DNA from: a bacterium
GTDB taxonomy: Bacteria; Patescibacteriota; Minisyncoccia; UBA6257; UBA9933
Direction: 5' to 3'
DNA length: 64,000 bases
Assembly: GCA_030693235.1 (NCBI GenBank)
Contig: JAUYBE010000016.1
Coordinates: 35,917-99,916 of the forward strand
The translations under genes and the position numbers were made by a program. How positions within the stretch are numbered: position 1 is the first letter of the stretch; every line of letters begins with the position of its first letter. This document shows positions 56,847 to 64,000 of this stretch, in pieces. The notes under the pieces were generated by a model. The model was not told the origin of the DNA. It ran no database searches and saw only the letters and a list, made by a program, of their open reading frames with translations.

Positions 56847-58373
56847 CTACCTGGCGTATTCCACCGCCCTGACCTCCCTTATCACATTAACTTTAATCTC
56901 TCCCGGATATTTTAACTCTGATTCTATCTTTGCCGCAATATCCTTGGCTAACTGCAAAGCCCTGAAATCGTCTATTTTTTCCGGTGTAACAAAAATCCTT
57001 AATTCCCGGCCCGCGGAAATCGCGTAAGCGCTCTTAACGCCTTCAAAATTTGTCGCGATTTTTTCCAATTCTCCCAGCCGCTTGAGATAATTTTCAACAG
57101 TATCGCGCCGGGCGCCGGGCCGAGCTCCGGATAAAGCATCTGCCGCCGCCACCACATAAGCTTCTGGCAGAGCAAAAGGATACTCCTCATGATGCGCTTC
57201 CATCGCTTTTATTATCTCTTCCGAAACGCCGTATTTTTTAAGAATTTTTCTGCCTAATTCAACGTGGCTTCCTTGAACTTCGTGGTCTATGGACTTACCG
57301 ATGTCGTGAAGCAAAGCCGCTTTTTTGGCCGTTTCAACATTGAGCCCGAGTTCGGCGGCAATCATTGAAGACAAATAAGCCGTTTCAATTGAATGGATTA
57401 AAACATTCTGGCCATAGCTGAATCTGAAATGAAGACGGCCCAAAAGCTGGACGATTTCTTTCGGCAAATCATAAATGCCTACTTCGTAAGCAGCCGCCTC
57501 GCCAAACTCCATTATTTTTTTACCCAATTCCTGTCTGGCCTCTTCAACCTTTTCTTCGATTTTCGCCGGCTGAATCCGGCCATCTTTAATCAATTTTTGC
57601 AAAGCCATTCTGGCAATCTCCCGTCTTGTCGGATCAAACGAAGAAATAACAATGCTGTCCGGCGCTTCGTCAATTATAAATTCAACGCCGGTGGCCCGCT
57701 CCAAAGCCCTGATATTTCTGCCCTCCCGGCCGATAATTTTTCCTTTCAAATCTTCGTCGCCGAGACTGAAAACGCTGGTTGTTATTTCGGCAATATGGGA
57801 CCGGGCGTAACGCTGAATCGCCGTAGTGATAATTTCAACGGATTGGCGTTCAATTTCTTCTCTCCTTGATTTTTCCAGTTTCTGAAGAGTCGTTGATAGT
57901 TCCTCCTGAAATTTATCCTGAATATTTTTCAAAAGCAAACTTTTGGCTTCGTCCGTTGAAAATCCCGCGACCCGTTCCAATTCACCGATAATTTTTTGTT
58001 TTAATCCTTCAACCTCCGACTTGCCGGTTTTTAATCTTTCAAATTCATCTGTTAATTGAGCGTCTTTTCGTTTCAAATCGGAAGCGGTCGTTTCAATCTG
58101 CTCTTCTTTTTTTAAAAGCCTTTCCTCCAAGCGGGTAAGTTGGGTTTTGCTCTCCCGCTCTTCTTTTTTAACTTCTTCCAAAAGAGCCGTGGATTTTCCC
58201 TGGGCATCAAGAATTATTTCTTTGGATTTTAAATTCGCCTCTTCAATCTGTCTCTTGATTTTTTGCTCGATTGAATTGGCCGCTTTAGCGGCGACAAATT
58301 GCCGGATAAAATAACCGGCGACCAGACCAAGAAACGCTAAAACTCCCCAAAAAATCGGACTTTGATAAAACAT
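56847..58373 (-). CDS. rny: Ribonuclease Y
   Basis: N-terminal TM, coiled coil, KGKIIGREGRNIR (KH) and LLHDIGK (HD). Confidence 0.96.
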   Translation of the reverse strand: MFYQSPIFWGVLAFLGLVAGYFIRQFVAAKAANSIEQKIKRQIEEANLKSKEIILDAQGKSTALLEEVKKEERESKTQLTRLEERLLKKEEQIETTASDLKRKDAQLTDEFERLKTGKSEVEGLKQKIIGELERVAGFSTDEAKSLLLKNIQDKFQEELSTTLQKLEKSRREEIERQSVEIITTAIQRYARSHIAEITTSVFSLGDEDLKGKIIGREGRNIRALERATGVEFIIDEAPDSIVISSFDPTRREIARMALQKLIKDGRIQPAKIEEKVEEARQELGKKIMEFGEAAAYEVGIYDLPKEIVQLLGRLHFRFSYGQNVLIHSIETAYLSSMIAAELGLNVETAKKAALLHDIGKSIDHEVQGSHVELGRKILKKYGVSEEIIKAMEAHHEEYPFALPEAYVVAAADALSGARPGARRDTVENYLKRLGELEKIATNFEGVKSAYAISAGRELRIFVTPEKIDDFRALQLAKDIAAKIESELKYPGEIKVNVIREVRAVEYAR

Positions 58374-58467
58374 AAATTAAATTGTCCGCTAACTTCTTCA
58401 TAATATTGAATTCGTTAGGAACCGTTAATTCTTTACGATAAATCAATTATAATGCTAAAATAAAACA

Positions 58468-60021
58468 ATGTCAAAAAGAACCGTTGTGTTAATTGTCTTG
58501 GACGGCTGGGGAATGGGACGGCCCGACGAATCCAATCCCATCCACGTCGTCAACCCTCAAAACATCAATTATTTAAAAGCCAATTTTCCGTCAGGCACGC
58601 TTCAGGCCTCGGGAATCAGCGTTGGCCTGCCTTGGGGCGAAGAAGGAAACAGCGAAGTCGGGCATCTTAATCTGGGCGCCGGCAAAATTATTTATCAAAA
58701 CTATCCCCGCATCAGTTTAGCTATCCATGATAAAAGTTTTTTTGAAAATCCGGCTTTGAAAACCGCTTTTGAGCATAGTAAAAAAAATAATTCGGCCGTT
58801 AATCTCGTCGGTTTGTTAAGCGAAGGCAATGTCCATTCTTCATTTGAACATTTACTGGCTTTGATTGATTTCGCCAAAAAAGAAGGAGTGAAAATAAATC
58901 TGCATCTTTTCACCGACGGCCGGGACAGCCGACCAGATTCCGCCTTGGAATTATTGGCCAAACTTCCGAAAGAAGATTTTGTCCGTCTTTCCAGTTTAAG
59001 CGGCCGGTTTTACGCCATGGACCGCGAAAAACATTGGGACAGAACCCAAAAAACTTACTCTGTTTTAACCGGCGACGGACCAACAACCGATAATATTGAA
59101 ACCCATATTAAAAAAACTTACGAACGAAAATTTAACGACGAATTCGTGGAACCCGTAAGTTTGATAAGTCCGATAAGTCCAATAGGACCAATTAAAGATA
59201 ACGATTCAATTATTTTTTTCAATTTTCGGGAAGACCGGATGAAACAAATCGCTTCGGCTTTTATTGATAAAAATTTCCGAAATTTTCCGGTGAAAAATTT
59301 CAATAATCTTTATGTCGCCGCGATGGTTCAATACGACGACGATTTTAACGTTCCGATAGCTTTTCCGCCGAAAAAAATTGAAACTTGTTTGGGAAAAATT
59401 TTAGCCGAACGCGAAAAAAATCAGCTCCGAATCGCCGAAACCCAGAAATACCCGCACATCACTTATTTCTTCAACGGAATGAGAGAAGAGCCGTTTAAAA
59501 ACGAATACCGCATTCTTATTCCCTCAAAAACCATTATCCGCCAAGACGAACATCCGGAAATGATGGCTAATGAAATCACCACTCGTATTATTGAATCAAT
59601 CGGCGAAAGCGCTTTTGATTTTATTCTGGCGAATTACGCCAATCCCGATATGATCGCCCATACCGGCAATTACGAAGCTTGTATCAAAGCGGTTGAAATA
59701 ATTGACGAGCAAATCGGCAAAATCACCAAAGCGATCCTGGAATCAAACGCCGTTTTGATTATCACTTCCGACCACGGCAATATGGAAAGAGTTTTTAATC
59801 CTTTGACCGGCGAACCGGAAACCCAACACGACCCGAATCCGGTGCCGATTTATTTGGTGGCGAAAGAATACATGCGGCCAAGAACCGGAATAGAAATCCG
59901 GCAATCCGAAAGAGAAAGCGTAGGCGTTTTGGCCGATATAACGCCGACTGTTTTGGAACTGCTCGGAATTCCCAAACCCAAAGAAATGACCGGAAGAAGT
60001 TTGTTGTCTTTTTTAAATTAA
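58468..60021 (+). CDS. gpmI: 2,3-bisphosphoglycerate-independent phosphoglycerate mutase
   Basis: LDGWG, GNSEVGH, DGRD, YAMDR and SDHGN motifs. Confidence 0.95.
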   Translation: MSKRTVVLIVLDGWGMGRPDESNPIHVVNPQNINYLKANFPSGTLQASGISVGLPWGEEGNSEVGHLNLGAGKIIYQNYPRISLAIHDKSFFENPALKTAFEHSKKNNSAVNLVGLLSEGNVHSSFEHLLALIDFAKKEGVKINLHLFTDGRDSRPDSALELLAKLPKEDFVRLSSLSGRFYAMDREKHWDRTQKTYSVLTGDGPTTDNIETHIKKTYERKFNDEFVEPVSLISPISPIGPIKDNDSIIFFNFREDRMKQIASAFIDKNFRNFPVKNFNNLYVAAMVQYDDDFNVPIAFPPKKIETCLGKILAEREKNQLRIAETQKYPHITYFFNGMREEPFKNEYRILIPSKTIIRQDEHPEMMANEITTRIIESIGESAFDFILANYANPDMIAHTGNYEACIKAVEIIDEQIGKITKAILESNAVLIITSDHGNMERVFNPLTGEPETQHDPNPVPIYLVAKEYMRPRTGIEIRQSERESVGVLADITPTVLELLGIPKPKEMTGRSLLSFLN

Positions 60022-61047
60022 ACCAATCTTTTTTTTAACCTCTTCCATAGTGACTTGAGCGACAATCCGGGCTTTGGCGGCGCCGGTTTCCAGAATTTTC
60101 ATAATTTTTTGAGGCTGGGCTTTTAATCGCTTTTTTGTTTTTTGAAAAGGAGAGAGGTAGGCGACTATGACTTCCGTTAAATCTTTTTTAAAATCTCCAT
60201 AGCTCTTGTCTTTATATTTCTTTTCAATGCTTTTAATTGACTGCCCTGCCATCGCCTGATAAATTTTCATCAGATTGGAAATTGCCGGCTTGTTTTTGGA
60301 ATCATATTTGATTTCACGGCCGGAATCGGTGACGGCTTTTTTGATTTTCCCGCGAATTATTTCCGGCGAATCGTCCAAAAACAAACAACCGGCAGGCAAG
60401 GATTTAGACATTTTTTTATTCGGATTATCCAGACTCATCAATCGCGGAACTTCTGTTAAAAGCGGCTTAGGTTCAATAAAAGTCTCGCCAAATTTGCCGT
60501 TGAATTTTCTAACTAGCATGCGGGCAAATTCCAAATGTTGAAGCTGGTCCTCGCCAACAGGGACAAATTCGGTTTTGTAAATCAGAATGTCGGCGGCCAT
60601 AAGAACGGGATATTCCGCCAAACCAAAGTTGGATTTTCCAATAATTTCGTCCAATTTCTCTTTCGTAATTTTTTTTCTATCAGATAATTTAAGCGGCTGA
60701 AGCACTTTTTCTTTGAAAGCCGTCATGCGCATAAGCTCGCTTACGGGCGTAAGAGTGCTTAGAATCCATTTCAGTTCTTGAAGGGATTGAATTTTTGATT
60801 GTTGGAAAATAATTGATTTTTTCGGATCAAGTCCGGCCGCCAAAAAATCCATCGCCAGATTTATAATATTAACGCTTAAATCTTTTGCCTCCGGATTTTC
60901 CGTCAGGGCGTGCAAGTCAGCAATGAAAAAATAACATTGGTATCTGCCGGTGTTCTGCAAATCGACAAAATTTTTCAAAGCGCCCAAATAATTCCCGATA
61001 TGAAGTTTTCCGCTCGGCTGAATGCCGGAGATGAGAATGGGTTTCAT
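60013..61047 (-). CDS. trpS: Tryptophan--tRNA ligase
   Basis: SGIQPSG, HIGN, VPVGEDQ and KMSKS motifs. Confidence 0.96.
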   Translation of the reverse strand: MKPILISGIQPSGKLHIGNYLGALKNFVDLQNTGRYQCYFFIADLHALTENPEAKDLSVNIINLAMDFLAAGLDPKKSIIFQQSKIQSLQELKWILSTLTPVSELMRMTAFKEKVLQPLKLSDRKKITKEKLDEIIGKSNFGLAEYPVLMAADILIYKTEFVPVGEDQLQHLEFARMLVRKFNGKFGETFIEPKPLLTEVPRLMSLDNPNKKMSKSLPAGCLFLDDSPEIIRGKIKKAVTDSGREIKYDSKNKPAISNLMKIYQAMAGQSIKSIEKKYKDKSYGDFKKDLTEVIVAYLSPFQKTKKRLKAQPQKIMKILETGAAKARIVAQVTMEEVKKKIGLI

Positions 61048-62759
61048 ACCTCTATAATAACCGGCAAAACCATCGGTCTTCTTTTGGTTTTATTGTACAA
61101 AAACAAGCCGACTTGGTCGCGCATTATGGCTTTAATATAATCGGAATCAAGTTGTTGTTGTCTGGGAATTCTGGCAACAAGGCTTTTAACGCGTTTTCTT
61201 AAATCCTCAACGAATTCTTTGTGCTCGCGAAGATAAATAAAACCGCGGGAAATAATATCGGGGTTTTTAAGAAATCGGCCGGTATGGCGATCCAAAGTGG
61301 CGATAATCACCACCATTCCTTCCTGGGCCAAAGTCCGGCGATCGCGCATCACCACCTCGCCGACGTCGCCGACTCCCAAACCGTCAACCATAATATAATA
61401 TGAAGGAACTGTTTCTTCGGTTATTCTGGCGGAATCTTTAGTAAGTAAAACCACCTGGCCGTTATCGGCTAAAATCGTTTCCTCGGGTTTTAATTTTAAA
61501 ACCTCTTGAGCATGCTGGGCGTTCCTCCACCGCATAAAATAATAACCGTGCATTGGAATAAAAAATCTTGGCTTAATAAACTTCATTACAATTTTAAGCT
61601 CTTCCTGGGGGGCATGACCGCTGGAATGAATGTCCATCATTTTATAGTGATAAACCAAAGCGCCTTGGCGAGAAATATTGTCTTTTAATATCTGGACGCT
61701 TCTCTCGTTTCCCGGAACGATTGATGAAGATAGAATCACCGTGTCTCCTTTTTTTATTTGGACATGACGATGTTCTCCATTGGCAATTTTCATTAAGCTG
61801 GCATTGGGTTCTCCTTGCGCTCCGGTGCAAAGAATTAGCAGTTTATCGTCATGGTATTTGGAAATTGACTCTAATGGAATAATGGCGCCTTTTTGAGCCT
61901 TTATAAAGCCGAGGTTTTGGGCAATCTGAATATTGGTTTTCATTGACAAACCGCTGATGGCGATTTTTCTGTCAAGCCGTTCGGCGATTTTAATAATCTC
62001 GGCTAAACGGTCAAGCAAAGAAGCGAAGGTTCCGACAATAATTCTTCCTTCGGCTTTCTTAAAGAGTTTTTCCAACTCCTGTTCCACCACTCTTTCGGAA
62101 ACTGAATAACCCGGCTCCTCGGCTCCGGTCGATTCAAGCAATAGGGTATGAATTTTTTGCTCGCCGATTTTTTTCCAAATATCCAAGCCACGCGGTTTTC
62201 CATCAATGTCATAATCAAATTTAAATTCTCCTCCGTGGACAATCTTGCCGATTGGCGTATCTAAAATTACGCCGAAACCTTCCGGGATATTATGGGTAAC
62301 GCCAAAAAACTCGGCTTTGAAATGTTCTGAGAGTTGGCGAGTCTCGCCCGCTTTAATAATCTCAAATTCGAGTTTTGGCGCGTTGGGAAAATCTTTTTGG
62401 CGCCTTTGAATTATCTCCTTGGCGAGCGCTGTGGTAAAAATAATCGGATTTCCCAGTTTTTGAACGATATGGGGAATGGCTCCGATATGGTCGTAATGAG
62501 CGTGAGTGATAATCAACGCTTTTATTTTTTCTTTTTTCGATTCAAGGTATTCAATGTTGGGTATAATGTAATCAATTCCGGGCGTATCTTCTTCCGGAAA
62601 TTGCAAACCGGCGTCAATAATAATTATCTCGTCCTGATATTCAAAAACCATCATATTGCGGCCGATTTCTTCCAAACCGCCCAAAGCGACAAAACGAACC
62701 GCGTCTTTATGAGTCGCGTCTTCTTTTGTTTTCGGTTTTATTGTTTTTAATTTATTCAT
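61044..62759 (-). CDS. rnj: Ribonuclease J
   Basis: LGGLEEIGRN, HAHYDH, TGAQGEP and HSSGH motifs. Confidence 0.95.
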   Translation of the reverse strand: MNKLKTIKPKTKEDATHKDAVRFVALGGLEEIGRNMMVFEYQDEIIIIDAGLQFPEEDTPGIDYIIPNIEYLESKKEKIKALIITHAHYDHIGAIPHIVQKLGNPIIFTTALAKEIIQRRQKDFPNAPKLEFEIIKAGETRQLSEHFKAEFFGVTHNIPEGFGVILDTPIGKIVHGGEFKFDYDIDGKPRGLDIWKKIGEQKIHTLLLESTGAEEPGYSVSERVVEQELEKLFKKAEGRIIVGTFASLLDRLAEIIKIAERLDRKIAISGLSMKTNIQIAQNLGFIKAQKGAIIPLESISKYHDDKLLILCTGAQGEPNASLMKIANGEHRHVQIKKGDTVILSSSIVPGNERSVQILKDNISRQGALVYHYKMMDIHSSGHAPQEELKIVMKFIKPRFFIPMHGYYFMRWRNAQHAQEVLKLKPEETILADNGQVVLLTKDSARITEETVPSYYIMVDGLGVGDVGEVVMRDRRTLAQEGMVVIIATLDRHTGRFLKNPDIISRGFIYLREHKEFVEDLRKRVKSLVARIPRQQQLDSDYIKAIMRDQVGLFLYNKTKRRPMVLPVIIEV

Positions 62760-62766
62760 ATTATTC

Positions 62767-62853
62767 TGGTGCCGAAGGAGGGACTTGAACCCTCAAGCCC
62801 TTGCGGGCACAGCGTTCTGAACACTGCGTGTTTGCCAATTTCACCACTTCGGC
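62767..62853 (-). tRNA. tRNA-Leu(CAG)
   Basis: Anticodon arm CAGTG-TTCAGAA-CGCTG, variable arm, encoded CCA. Confidence 0.93.
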
Positions 62854-62892
62854 AAATATGCGAGAATTTATTTAGAAATTAGGATTTAGAAA

Positions 62893-63237
62893 TTAGAAAT
62901 TTTGTTTCCCTCTGCCTTCGTATTTTTCGAAAATTGCCCAAAAACTTAAAATTTTATCTCCCTGATTATACACTTTGTGAAAATTGCCCTTAGGAACAAG
63001 CATTAAATCGCCGCTTTTCACTTTAAAAGTTTTCAGCCCAATTTCCATAGTTCCATTACCGTCAATAAACACATAAACTTCGTCGGTATTATCATGTGAA
63101 TGTCCGCCGGTTGATTTATTTTGATAAAGCTCGGTTAGAGAAACATTAAAATTTTCCAAAGCAAGCAAGTCGTAAACCTTGTAGGTATTATTGTCTCGTA
63201 TAAGATTGGCAATTTGTTTATATTCTCTAATATCCAT
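62893..63237 (-). CDS. Cupin domain protein
   Basis: HSH...EVYVF..G.G and PKGNFHKV motifs. Confidence 0.85.
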   Translation of the reverse strand: MDIREYKQIANLIRDNNTYKVYDLLALENFNVSLTELYQNKSTGGHSHDNTDEVYVFIDGNGTMEIGLKTFKVKSGDLMLVPKGNFHKVYNQGDKILSFWAIFEKYEGRGKQNF

Positions 63238-63254
63238 AGATAAATGTCAATAAA

Positions 63255-63371
63255 AATTATTCTAATCGAATCCCAATAATTAAATAACTAATTATTTTAA
63301 TTTTTATTTGGGGCTTTATTCATTGGGATTTATTTAGGTCAATTAGGTTAATTAGAATAATTAGGTTAATT
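63255..63371. repeat. Family K inverted array
   Basis: gatttatttaggtcaattaggttaattagaataattaggttaatt is nearly the reverse complement of 161-199. Confidence 0.7.
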
Positions 63372-64000
63372 TACTTAAATATTCTCGCTGTTTTAATATA
63401 CCATTTTTCAATATTTTTGAATCGGTCGCTTGAAAGCGAAATAATCCTTCGACTCTGCTCAGGATCATCAAATCCTTTCAGCGATGTTTTGGCGATATAA
63501 AAATAATCAGGTGAATAAAGAAAGATCGCCGGCATATCCCGAATAATCAACGATTGCAAAGCCGCCAAATCGCGCTCGCGATTCCGTTCGTTCAAATTTT
63601 TCCTGATTGATTCAATCAAGGAATCCGCCGTTTTATTTTCGTAAAGAGCCAGATTGAAGCCGGGGTAAAACCGCTCGGACGAATGCCAAAACGAAGACAG
63701 ATCAGGAACATTGTTGTTCCTGAAAATATTGCCGAAGATGAGCATTTCATAATCCCTGTTTTTGGCAACTTCGTTGCCGATCTCGGCCGTTGAACGGATA
63801 ATCAAATTCAATTTTACGCCGATTTTGGACCAATCTTCTTTTATCAAATTGGCGGTTTCAACTAAAAAAGATATTTGCGGAACGACTAAATTAAATTCTA
63901 ACCGTTCCAGTTCTTTTTTGATTTTTTTCTCCCGAACTCCCCCGTCGTTTAACTGCCAACCGAGATTATCCAAAATTTGATTCGCCTTTTCCAAAGAAAA
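63371..64000 (-). CDS. Peptide ABC transporter substrate-binding protein, C-terminal part (5' end outside window)
   Basis: W..IGV, FWHSS, N.A.Y.N and D.PAIFLYSP motifs. Confidence 0.8.
   Translation of the reverse strand, partial: FSLEKANQILDNLGWQLNDGGVREKKIKKELERLEFNLVVPQISFLVETANLIKEDWSKIGVKLNLIIRSTAEIGNEVAKNRDYEMLIFGNIFRNNNVPDLSSFWHSSERFYPGFNLALYENKTADSLIESIRKNLNERNRERDLAALQSLIIRDMPAIFLYSPDYFYIAKTSLKGFDDPEQSRRIISLSSDRFKNIEKWYIKTARIFK

Noticed and set aside
60385-60400. ccggcaggcaag in trpS as a repeat insert
   Set aside because: It follows KMSKS with normal spacing and is too short to support an insertion.
1-64000. CRISPR array
   Set aside because: Repeats are tandem or palindromic, without constant repeats separated by unique spacers; no cas genes seen.

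Overview
A 64 kb chromosomal segment of a low-GC, standard-code bacterium. Gene content and the scarcity of Shine-Dalgarno motifs suggest Patescibacteria/Parcubacteria (inference). Positions 0.8-37 kb hold a large surface-glycan cluster (priming transferase, Wzx, Wzy, L-FucNAc pathway, two gmd paralogues, about five methyltransferases, AsnB, O-antigen ligase) next to an S-layer-like gene. Positions 37-64 kb hold housekeeping genes (clpB, comM, rplS, rluA, parAB, murI, cca, ECF sigma, HU, rny, gpmI, trpS, rnj) and 8 tRNAs. The most striking signal is about ten families of short palindromic or tandem repeats inserted in frame into conserved proteins and 5' leaders. Small genes bounded by inverted repeats occur alongside them: a GxxExxY PD-(D/E)XK nuclease with ~42-nt terminal inverted repeats (TIRs) sitting in frame inside the O-antigen ligase, a decayed GIY-YIG gene with TIRs and a TAATG target duplication, and four-helix-bundle genes flanked by repeat arrays. 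This looks like an autonomous/non-autonomous mini-element system without a classical transposase. Separately, cassettes in the glycan cluster are flanked by duplicated gene ends. All product calls come from motif recognition by eye, not database searches.
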